Shown here piece by piece: positions 50,337 through 61,305 of a stretch of DNA of 64,000 nt (within the stretch, counting starts at the first letter, position 1; each line of letters opens with the position of its first letter). The DNA is from Magallana gigas. Its lineage: Eukaryota. The notes beneath the pieces were generated by a model. That model made no database searches and was not told where the DNA came from. It worked only from the letters and a program-made list of their open reading frames with translations. The position numbers were made by a program, and so were the translations under genes. The DNA lies in contig NC_088853.1 of assembly GCF_963853765.1 (NCBI RefSeq), positions 46,996,001 to 47,060,000 on the forward strand, read 5' to 3'.

Positions 50337-53300
50337 ATGTGGCGTGTCTTTTGTTGTAGCTGCAGTGTGTGTATTTGTGGTTGTCGTGTCAAGACTCTCT
50401 ACAGCACAGCTCACTACCAGCTCCACCGGTAAGAACAATCACCTAACAGGACAACAAGATTTGCGAACGCTTGCTACTGCGTACAAGGATAACCGCACTA
50501 TAATCGTGTTCTCCTCCAACTAAAATATAAATATTGTCAAGTCGAATTTAATATCGGTACTAAGCTTTATTATTAGGTATCGAAAGCCTTTTTCAGGCAC
50601 TTAAGATTTACCTTATAGTCCTCGATCTTCACTCGTCGACTTCGACAAGATTCACTCACAGCGTTCTGTCTCTGCTGTATATACCCTATTGTCATGTAAC
50701 AAAAGTCTTAGAGAACAGTACAGAGTTCAAAACAGGAAGTCATAAAACAAAAATTTAGGAAGCCGGAAGGGATATTTGATTTTCATTTACTACTTCCGCT
50801 TCAACTCAAAGAATAATTCCTTTTTCTTTAATTCGTTTAACCAGTGACGGACTTGATATTTTCCGCTCATTTCAGGGTGTGAAGAAGGAACATTCTTGTT
50901 GAATGGCAGATGTGAGAGCTGTAGCACAAACTGTAATCGAGGCGCCTGTGACGTCACAGACGGGCGGTGTTCGGACGGGTGTATACAAGGATTCTACGGC
51001 CAGACGTGTCAGCATCCCTGTCCAGACAACTGTTTATATGACCAGTGTAGTATTGACACGGGGTTTTGTAATTTTGGGTGTACACATGGTTTCTATGGCG
51101 ACATGTGTGACCTAACCTGTAATGAACATTGCAATGAAAAGAAATGCAAAAGAGACTCCGGCTACTGCAGCGCCGGTTGTGTTCCAGGATACTTCGGAGA
51201 CAAGTGTGACTCGGCGTGCAACAGTCACTGTATCCAGACGTGTGAACGAACTTCCGGTGTCTGCGACGCATGCGTGGATGGTCATTACGGGGCAAACTGT
51301 ACGGATACGTGTAGCACCGGATGTGGAACTCTCAAGTGTCGACAGGATAACGGGGAATGCTGGGACGGCTGTAAGACGGGATGGACTGGGCCTCAGTGCG
51401 CGGGTTTGTGTTGTGTTTCGCTTATGTTCGGTTTGCATATGTACCTTATTAATAATCAATTAATGATTTGATTTTTATAAATTTTTATACATGCATGTTA
51501 TACATGTATATGTAGGTATAAAAATTATGCAAGTCATTTTCAGGTCAATTGGACCGAACCCCTTTTTTAACGTCACAATTCTATTACTAGTATTCTTTTT
51601 ACTTGTTATCGGTACTATTTCAAAGGAATCCGATATTGGTATTGGGTTTGAAACTAACTACATGTACATATGTAATATCGAGTGAATCGTTTACAGCTAA
51701 ATCATGTTCACTGATCGATGTAGCCAAATTAGACTATAAGACCCTTAATGTTATACTATTACTATGTCCAAAGATATCCGCGATTTACATTTTGCTTAAT
51801 TACTCGATATTTATAAATATCATAAGGTTCCAACAATGTTTATTCAAAAGCATGAAAAAATTCAAAGATTTTTCCTTTGAAACGCTCAACACACAACTAA
51901 ATATAAAGGAGTCTACATGGATGTTGCATTGCAACAGACATATATGTACCCGGGCGATAACGTTGAAAAATTGTGCGAGGTATTCGGACTGGCTTCCGGA
52001 TGGAGAAAAGATGTGACAGTCATCATTCCCTATTATAAATCTCCTTAAAAATCTGCTTTCGTTCCTGTAAAATTTTCCAAGTGAAAAATTACAATGTATC
52101 TATGAAAATATCTTGGATATTTTCCCTTTCATCGATTTTAATTGCACTTCTTTCACAGGATATGTGTATTTTTATTTAAGGTATCCGATCCATAATAGCC
52201 CCAGATTTAATGAATCTGGATGCATAACAGATAAATGTATATGTGGGCTTAATACTCACTATACTTTGACATAATTTTCGGATACCTTAAATTTTATTTA
52301 ATTGTGCTGCATAAATATCTTGAGACAGACTATAAACAGGGAATGACTAACAACAGTTTATTGTCTAATAATGTCAATGGGGGATTTAATCTATATAATA
52401 GAATTTTTCTCGCATTTACAAGAAAATCGATTAAGATTTGCAACAATATTAATAGCAAGCGCATTTATATACACACACAAAAGCAAGAGTCACACTTTAC
52501 TGACATATCGTCCAATTTTAAGCTTATTTTGCATGCATGTACAGTAAGTATAAGTAGTGAAGAAATAAAATATAAAGGTCATTTTGAACTATATAAATAG
52601 AATAAACAGAAAAATAAACAATTAAAACAAATTATGCAGATATTGCATATTGTCAAACCTTTAAGTTGGAAAATGTGATACATCCACAAACAGGGACCCG
52701 GGGCCCGGATACAACGTATGTAATTAGACTCAGATATATAATCAAATTAAAAAAAGACTTGAACCAGGAAATTATTTTTTAAAAATGTCAGATAACAACA
52801 CAGTACAAATGAAAAATGATACTGTATTTACTGTTTACACATTTGACCAAATTAAACACAAATTACATTTTACAGACTGATCAATTCTATCCAAAAGTAA
52901 GGAACGATTTTAGGGGGAAGCAAGTCTATGTATNNNNNNNNNNNNNNNNNNNNNNNNNNNNNNNNNNNNNNNNNNNNNNNNNNNNNNNNNNNNNNNNNNN
53001 NNNNNNNNNNNNNNNNNNNNNNNNNNNNNNNNNNNNNNNNNNNNNNNNNNNNNNNNNNNNNNNNNNNNNNNNNNAAATATCGCTAAGATGACAATGATGC
53101 ATAGTACATGTATGTGTAATTCTTGCTGCGCTCGCCACAAAGGTAACACCGTACAACATATCATTGTTACATTCTCAGCTATTTTTCTCTTCTTATGATT
53201 CTGTAGGTATTTACTAGATTTTACATAATAACAGACAATTTTGGAATAACACATTTTGAGGCGAAATAACCAGTCAAATTGCCCAATTATTGCGAAAACT

Positions 53301-56083
53301 CTAAACACTTTCGAGGCAGTATCATTCTTTGAATTAAGAGATTTAATAAAATCCACTTACCATAACGTCTGAATTTCCATAGGGACAAAAATCAAACCAA
53401 AAAATCTTTTTCCAGATGAAGTCAACAAATTTGACTTTTTAGAGAAAAAGTTGATCACATTACACGCCCTATGATAACTGATAAGGATTTGATAAGGCTT
53501 TCATTAACAAGTGGGAAAAAACCCCAAAGCACTGCATTTAATTCACAACGATAATAATGTCATGATGTTTAATAAACCGACCGCAGCAAGAGGCGGGCGA
53601 GGCTTAATGGTAACCCGCATATATATATATATATATATATAAGAAAAATCAATGAAAAATAGAAGTTGAATTAAGGGTACTAAGGCCAAAAAATTTTCTT
53701 CTAGTTCATGGACGGCGCGCAAATGGCAACCTCTCGGGCCTTTCCGGCAGGCTAGGAAAAACACCTGAAATGTATAACCTAGGCGTCCATGACAACCCCC
53801 CCTTTTTTTTTAAAAACTTGCTATAAATACAACTGTTACACATTTTACGATGTATTGAGATGTAAGCTAGACTTCATTTAAGTCAATGATATACCCTAAA
53901 ATATAACACAGAAGCGACTTATAAAGCTGTCTAGCCGATACTTATTTCAATGGGAAGCGACTCCATTTTGTATAGAATTCTAACATCCGGTAATGTTAAT
54001 ATATTCGAGGTGTTTTTCCGAGCTTGCTGTAAAGGCCCGAGAAGATGCGATTGGGACGCCGCCATATTGACCGCCATTTTGTTCGACAAAGTTAACTCAT
54101 TCATTAAATGAGTGGGCTATTCTATGTTTATTGTCCATTAACTTTATCAAAAACTTTCCAAGTTTTCAATGCAAAGTAAGTTGAATAAAAATAATTTATT
54201 ATTCAAACCAAGGCACTGTTGATAACTTGTCATTAGACTTCTATGTTTTCTTTAATGACACTTTGGCAGACAATACTGAAAATTCAAATCTGTACTTTAT
54301 TCATTTCTCGAGAAAATGAATAATCAGTAACAACAAGTTTTGTCAGGCGGCGCAATGTGCGACGTCGAAAATTTCCAGTTTTACGTTGTTGCTAAACCCT
54401 CCACAATGTTTACGATAACATTTTTATCTTCTTTTTTTATATATTTTCTAAGTACAAACGATCTGTCGGCTCCAAACTGGCCATGTATTACCTGTTGTCT
54501 AACGTCCGTCTTACCGAAATGTGTCGTTCTGCATTTTGACGTCCATTGATATCGTTCGAGGTTTCTTTTTTTCACTTATTGTCATCATACTTGATCAAAT
54601 ATTTTCAATGTTGTTTTACTACTTATTCACAAAACACATTTCTAATCGATTTTGTTCATTTCATTTACTTCCAAAGGCGCTTAGGATTTATTTCATGGTC
54701 TTAACAAAATTGTATCAGTTACTGCTGCGCCGCCTTAAACGCTGACATCGTCATTTTATTACAAGTTAACTTTTCAACTTGTCACAAAACTATCTATAAA
54801 ATATTTAAAAGTTTTGTTATAGCCAAAACATTTTCTGAGTAAATAATAGAATTATTATCAAATATCAATGTATGTTTTATTTGAATTTTTTCATTCAAAA
54901 AATACTTTTCCTCGCAATTTTCTTTTCATTATGTTGATTTTAACTTTTTTTTTACATTGCGCCGCATGTCGAATTTCTGATCTAACGTGCTTTCATTTTA
55001 CTAATTTAATCTCAAACAATATTTGATTTTAAAACATTATTTGAATGCAAATTTCTTGAACCCTTTATGGCACTTTCATCTTCCTTTGTCTTCGATTAAC
55101 TGAATAACGCCACTTGTCTACGCTATTTTGGAACAACCCTCGTATGTAGGTATATGAAAATACAGTGTCAATAACTAAAGCTCATATTTCAAAAATTGAT
55201 ATTGTTCTTTAATAAATTAATCACGGCTCCGATCGATCTCTTAGTCCGTACGACCGAAAAAAAAACTCGGTCGGCGATCATTACGGATCTATTTCGAGAC
55301 AGACAGAACGCTATGTTTTATGAGGTTTTTAAAATATTAAACGTAACACAATACTGTAGTGGCTATAAAACTTTTAGATTGTCGAGAAATTCATTTGTTT
55401 TGAATCCATCAAATCGTCTGTGTCAGTAATACACTGAAATTTAAGATACTAGTAAACCCTAGCTCAAATACATCTATTTACATATTGTAGAAGTTTGAAA
55501 TTAAAATGAAATGAAGAATAACCATCAGTAACAGTTAGAAATCAAACGGAGAAAATAATGGAAAAAAATGAAAATGGAACAAAAGTAGGAAACAGTAGTA
55601 AATAAATACAGATTTACCATTGCAGTGTTATTCAAATTAGACTGGGACACCACCCGCTTCTGTACCGTACGCTACATGTATATACTCGCAGGGTTTCGTT
55701 GAGCAGTAATTTTACAAGTCTAACCTTAATCAGATTTTAAAATACTATTGAAACATAAACTATTCTCGCAGTTACATATAATTGTTAAACGTATAAGATG
55801 AATATCCCTTGAATTAAAAAAAAAAACCCTCAAACGTTATTTACTCTTGTTCTATGTAATAGATAAATGGATGGAGATTTTTTCATTTTGCCATCATATT
55901 AAAAACAATAAAATGAGAATGATATTTTATGATTATGTATAGCCTGCTCAGACGGTTTCTATGACATCAACTGCACCAGTCGCTGCAACAAAAATTGTCT
56001 GAATGAACTTCAGTGTGATGCCGTAAATGGGACATGTTTGACCGGATGTAAACCTGGCTTCCGGGGAGAGGAGTGTTCGATAG
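50337..56083 (+). CDS. Secreted/cell-surface multiple EGF-like domain protein (MEGF10/SCARF-like), partial
   Basis: Exons 50337-50428 (signal peptide, with a 1-nt frame problem), 50876-51403 (528 nt, phase 1-1, tandem C..NC...C...G.C..GC..G.YG..C units) and 55943-56083 (141 nt, phase 1-1, one more unit). All have AG/GT boundaries. The gene may continue beyond the window or into the N gap. Confidence 0.85.
52180..52286. mobile_element. Tiny Kolobok-like MITE (107 bp)
   Basis: TTAA|GGTATCCGA ... TCGGATACC|TTAA. Confidence 0.65.
52934..53074. other. Assembly gap (N run)
   Basis: 141 N. Confidence 1.
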
Positions 56084-57093
56084 GTACGTGTGCGCGTTGA
56101 ATCATCCAGAAATTTTTGAAGTGTAATAAATGGACGACAAACCTAATTTGCGCATGCAGTTGCTATATTTTCGATTTAAGGTAGTACGAAACACCCCTGA
56201 AATTATTTATTTGAAATATTTTCTGAAATACACAAAATAATGACTTAATATAATGTAAAAATTAATTTCAGTCCATTATCTTAAGAAAAAAATAAATCAT
56301 ACCCATCAATTACTCACGGCCAAATAAATTTAGGTTACAACGTATTTCAATAATTTTGAAACATACATTTGGATGGCACCGTGTTCATAACTATGATTTT
56401 TGTGCAATTTAGCCTTATCCCATTTAAAAATACTTGTGTTCTTTCTGTCGAACAAATTTCAAGGTCATATGAACAGGTCAAAGGCCAAATATGATGACGT
56501 CATCTAGGATTTTTATCAATTTATACCTCCGTCAAACATACTTAAACCTTGATTAATCTAAAACCAATGGTTAAATTTTCTTTATTTTTATATATTTTAA
56601 TTACAGGGTCATGACAATCATACTGTTAAATTTTATTCAAATTTGAATGATACATTTTCTTTTTAGCTACCGTTAAGTGCTGCAAATTTTCGTCTTAAAT
56701 GAGTATTCACAAGCACTAGGTTTACATTATATTGCATGAGAAATTATCTTAAGTTACCAGCAAACTAAGGCTCGTCGCACAGACTGCAGACTGCCAGCTT
56801 GTGGAATGTGTGACGTCACAGGAATGTTGAGTATTTTTAGCACAGACTTGGTCAGTCTGATACGTCACAGATACCCTATGGTATTTTTAATTCAGGAATG
56901 CAAAATATTTCATAGACTGATTCTACTAGGTTTTGCAGACATTTGCATCATGAGTATTTTTAGCCCAGACTTTAAGGAATGTACAATATTTTCATAGCCA
57001 ATCTAAAACATGTGAGAGAAAGGAATGCAGTAAAGACTATAAGTACTTGCATGCCACACTTTTTCTATATCATTTTTACTTGAAATTTTAACG

Positions 57094-57193
57094 ATGGAAG
57101 ACGCTCACCGAGAGATCCTGAAAAGAAATTATTCAACGTTAGTTTGGGAAATGTCTCCTGAATTAGTTGTTGAAGAGCTTTATAGGAAAAGAC
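57094..57193 (+). pseudogene. 5' fragment of a CARD (death-fold) domain exon, cut by the Polinton terminus
   Basis: ATG at 57094 gives MEDAHREILKRNYSTLVWEMSPELVVEELYRKR, which has the pattern of CARD helices 1-3. It then runs into AGTTCTG at 57194. Confidence 0.55.
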
Positions 57194-57349
57194 AGTTCTG
57201 CGCCACCCATCCGTCTTATAAGAAAATAGAAGGCATCCCTCACTTTCCCTCACATTGAATTATATAGAAGATATCCCTCACTATATAACGAGTATTGAGG
57301 GATGACTGATAAGTAGGTCACTGGTCATTTCAATCACCTGTGGAATGTT
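57194..57349 (+). repeat. Polinton terminal repeat, copy A
   Basis: AGTTCTGCGCCACCCATCCGTCTTATAAGAAAATAGAAGG..; homologous to 57992..58152 (direct) and 63570..63739 (inverted); carries a 14-bp deletion relative to the latter. Confidence 0.75.
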
Positions 57350-57991
57350 TGGATAAACCCTGGAAAACATGAGAAAAAGAGTAAATTTGGAATTGGTGCA
57401 CACTAAACGGAGATTGCGTAAGGTGTGTGCCAAACCAAACTTTCAATTCTTTAAGATATATAATGAAGATTTGGTGGCGGTCAATCTTAGAAAATCAAAC
57501 ATTGTCCTTAAATCAACCCATTTATGCCGGCTTCTGTATACTCGACCTCGCTAAGCTGCTCATGTTTCAGTTGCATTATGACTTTATGAAATCCACTTAT
57601 GGAGATACAGCTAGTCTTCTTTGTACCGACACAGATAGCCTTTGTTATGAAATTCAAAAAGACGATATTTATTAGGGCATGTATAAACATCTCTACCTCT
57701 TTGATACCAGTAATTTTAACAAGCACCACTTTCTGTATTACAAAACGAACTGTAAAGTTCTTGGAAAAATGAAAGATGAATGTGGGGGAACACCGATACA
57801 AGAATTTATTGGACTAAGACCTAAAATGTACAGTTTGTTATACGATGGCCAAGAAAAGAAAACTGCAAAGGGAGTGAAAAAGTCGGTGATTGAAAAAGAT
57901 TTGAAACACGAATCTTATAAGCAAGCTCTCTTTGATCATAGTTCTATGAAGCATTCAATGAATATGATTAGAAGTGTCAACCACCAATTGT
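57350..57991 (+). pseudogene. Protein-primed family B DNA polymerase fragment (Polinton), left copy
   Basis: TLENMRKRVN, QPIYAGFCILDLAK, CTDTDS, EFIGLRPKMYS, KTAKGVKK, IRSVNHQL. One frameshift and one TAG. Confidence 0.93.
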
Positions 57992-58331
57992 CACCCCATC
58001 CCTCTTATAAGAAAATAGAAGGCATCCCTCACCATTCCTCACATTGTATTATATAGAAGATATCCCTCACTATATAACGAGTATTGAGAGATGACTGATA
58101 AGTAGGTCACTGGTCATTTAAATCACATGTGCAATCGATCGGGTGGAATGTTGACTGGGTCACTGCAAACTGCGCGCTGACCACCGAGTTTATTGCCCCT
58201 TTAAACTGAGGAATGTGAAGTCTGCATTGTATTTAAAGAATATTTGTTACCTTAATAACATGATAAAGGAAATTCCAATAAATTTAAAATAGATAAAAAG
58301 CAATATGTTCACAATGCAGTTGCATTATTCA

Positions 58332-59364
58332 ATGAACTGGAAGGAACACCTAAAACATATATATTTTTTAATGTGAAAAATCCCATTAGCTATGCAGGTC
58401 GTACGAAAATTTATCATTATTTAAAAAAGGAAGCAAAATATTCAGTAGGTTTGAGTGCTATCAAACAATGGCTGCAAGGCATTGATGCCTACAGTTTTCA
58501 ACGTCCACAGAGATATATTTTAAGACGAACAGAGTCATTTCCCAGGGTTTAGACTTCCTTTGAGATGGAGATTTAGCCGACGTTTCAACACTTTCAGAAG
58601 ACATTGATATAATATAATATATAAAGTATTTATTCATCGCCATCGACGTATTCTCAAGATATGCTTGGGTTAAACCTCTGAAAAACAAACTCCACGGTAG
58701 TGTCATAGATGCTTTGAATGGCATTTTTTAAAACGGGACGCAAGCCTAAAGAACTTCAAACAGACAAAGGGAGTGAATTAAAAAATCAAGGGGTCGAAGA
58801 TTTTTCAGAAGACAAGGAGTTGATCATTACGTTACACATAACGTCACTCATGCCAATTATGCCGAGCGGTTCATTCGAAAGTCATGATGTATCGATATTT
58901 CACCCACAATAGAACATACAGATTTACAGACTGTTAGAAATTATAACAGTCGGCCACACAGATCGTTAAATGGCTTATCACCTAGAGACATAAATAAAAT
59001 CAATGAAGCGGTGACTTGAAAGAAATTATATGTAGATGTCTTGAAACCCAGTGTTTTCAAAAAGAAAGCGTACTAACCACGTAAGCGTTTCAAATTTAAA
59101 ATGGGAGACTATGTAAGAATATCAAGCACCAAGCACATTTTCCTGCGGGACAAAATTACGGATTACGGCAACGATCCCATCGAGGGAACGTTTTATGAAT
59201 CTGAGCTTCAAAGAGTCAACAAAACCAGAGACGACTTGTGGAAGATTGAGAAAATCTTGAAACGGCGCAGATGAAGAGGAAAGGTAGAAGTCTTCGTAAA
59301 ATGACAAGGGTATCCAACGAAGTTTAATTCCTGGGTACATGAGAGACAGCTGCAAGATATATAA
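58332..59364 (+). pseudogene. Polinton retroviral-like integrase (rve plus C-terminal chromodomain), disrupted
   Basis: MNWKEHLKHIYF..AIKQWLQGIDAYS..IDVFSRYAWVKPLKNK..GRKPKELQTDKGSE..AERFIR..FKMGDYVRIS..GTFYESELQRV..IEKILKRR..GYPTKFNSWV. Many stops and frameshifts. Confidence 0.92.
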
Positions 59365-59407
59365 AGAGTCTATTTAAAAACTTGCCATCATTTTCAACCC
59401 TGCAGTT

Positions 59408-60328
59408 ATGAAGCCAACATCATGCTCTATCTGCCAGAGAGAATTTTCACGCCCTGATAATCTGAGGAGACATTTACGAACTGCTCATGGGAGCAGTGAA
59501 CCATATCCTCAAATGTCTGAACCGTATCCTCAAATCACAGAACCGTATCCTCAAATCACAGAACCGTATTCTCATCAGGATTTCACTCCTCCTCCTCCTT
59601 CTCCTCCTCCTCCTCCTCCTGATTTCACTCCTCCTTCTCAGTACCTCACTTCTTTAAAAGAGAATATGTTATCAGAAAGCATGGAGGATAAGTTTCAGTT
59701 CGTGCATCCCTTCACCATGATCGTTGCGGGACCAACTATGTCGGGAAAATCTACATGGATCAACTACTTTTTAATAAACAGCTCATAATCCCCGCACCTG
59801 AAAGAATTTTGTGGATTTATAAGAATTATGTGGATTTATAAGCAATGGCAACCCCTTTATGATGAGTTTAAGTACTGGATTTCAGGTATAAAATTCATTC
59901 AAGGGATAACGGAAGACATCAAAACAGACAAGTTTATTAACTCTCGCGAAAGAACACTGCTGGTTATTGATGACATGATGAAGGATGCCACTCAGGACAA
60001 GGAAATTTGTGAACTATTTACGGAGGGTGCTCACCATCGCAACCTAAGTGTGATCTGTATTATGCAAAATCTGTTTAACAAAGGAAAGGAAAACCGAACA
60101 ATGAGTTTAAACAGCCAGTACATAGTTATCTTTAAAAATCCAAGAGATCGACAACAAATTGCAACCCTTGCACGACAAATGTATCCTGGAAATTCAAAGA
60201 AGCTGTTGGATGCTTATGAAAATGCAGTGTCTTTTCCCTACGGTTCGTTGATTTTGGATTTAAAACAAACAACCCCAGAATCGATGAGACAACTCAAATC
60301 ATCACTTGACAGCAGATCGACAAAGTAA
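59408..60328 (+). pseudogene. C2H2 zinc finger + Pro-rich linker + FtsK/A32-like packaging ATPase, disrupted
   Basis: CSICQREFSRPDNLRRHLRTAH; (EPYPQxx) repeats; Walker A GPTMSGKS; Walker B LLVIDD; HHRNLS; FKNPRD. A frameshift near 59770 and a 19-bp duplication (59802..59839). Confidence 0.9.
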
Positions 60329-60394
60329 TTGGACGTCTGTAAAACCCGCTCCCCACAGATCAAATCAGTATCAAATCAGTATCCGATTGAAGAG

Positions 60395-61072
60395 ATGGCG
60401 TACCACCAAAGACCGGGTACTCAGAAGTATTATTATCCTCCCTCCTCTAATTCTTGGGCTACACCACTAGATACGAGAAATGTACAGACAAGGGAAATCG
60501 ATGAGAAATATCCATCCTGTTCAGAATGTGGTACCATGTTTGCCAGCACGTATGATTTACAACGACATACCAAAAATGGTTGTCCAATGGAAGAAGAAGA
60601 AGATGATGCAAAGTCTGAGGTTAGTGAGGAGGATGATGACAGTGGATTTACACTCCTAGTCAATCAAGTACTGGAAGAAAATCAATCTCAGTTCGACAGA
60701 AAATTGGATCAACTTATGGATGAAAATTCCAAACTCACTCGGCATGAAGCTCGAGAGGAAGTGAGAGATATGATGCTACCGAAAGACAGAGCTCTGCTTT
60801 TCAGAAAATACAAACGTATTCTCATGATTACATCTAACCTAAACAAGAGCAAACTGCATCGTGCTATCCGAGAAGAAATAATAGCTGTAATGGAAAATAC
60901 CGATATAGATGTGGAAACTGCTATTTCTCGCGTTCTTAATAAGCATAAACAAGACTTTGATGAATTACTTGAAATTGAAGATATTACTGATGATGAAGAA
61001 TCTGATGAAGAATCTGGTGAAGATAAAGAGTCCGATGAAGAGTCAGGTGACGAGGAGCAATTAGAAGACTGA
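60395..61072 (+). CDS. Polinton-borne protein: C2HC/C2H2-like zinc finger, helical region, acidic tail (225 aa), uninterrupted
   Basis: ATG at 60395 within ORF 60329..61072; CSECGTMFASTYDLQRHTKNGC; D/E-rich C-terminus. Confidence 0.7.
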   Translation: MAYHQRPGTQKYYYPPSSNSWATPLDTRNVQTREIDEKYPSCSECGTMFASTYDLQRHTKNGCPMEEEEDDAKSEVSEEDDDSGFTLLVNQVLEENQSQFDRKLDQLMDENSKLTRHEAREEVRDMMLPKDRALLFRKYKRILMITSNLNKSKLHRAIREEIIAVMENTDIDVETAISRVLNKHKQDFDELLEIEDITDDEESDEESGEDKESDEESGDEEQLED

Positions 61073-61305
61073 ATATAAGTGGCATCCTCAATAGTTCTAA
61101 TGGGGAGGAATAAGAACTCAATGTCAAGTTCCAATTTATTATTGATATCAACAAATATTGTACACATACAAATTGTAAACATTATTTCAATTATGCATAT
61201 ATGGAATAAAAAAAAGAAGAAAAAAAAACCATATATATATATACACTGTCGTTATTTTTTTTCAATGTAAACCCATCTATACAATTTCAGAGGTATCAAA
61301 TGGCT

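Noticed and set aside
54347-54965. 12-bp inverted repeat GCGGCGCAATGT suggesting a TIR element
   Set aside because: Too short, with no TSD or transposase similarity that I can support.
56176-56760. Kolobok-like end TTAA|GGTAGTACGAAACACC
   Set aside because: No matching second terminus in the window; possibly truncated by the palindrome, but this is unprovable here.
57065-57253. ORF-track peptides MRESEGCLLF../MRNSEGCLLF.. (also 63680..63868)
   Set aside because: They are the antisense of the CARD-like frame and terminal repeat, with no independent coding signal.
60433-61182. Ser-rich minus-strand ORFs
   Set aside because: Shadow frames of the acidic plus-strand ORF; the same applies to 11929..12686 around the last AP4E1 exon.
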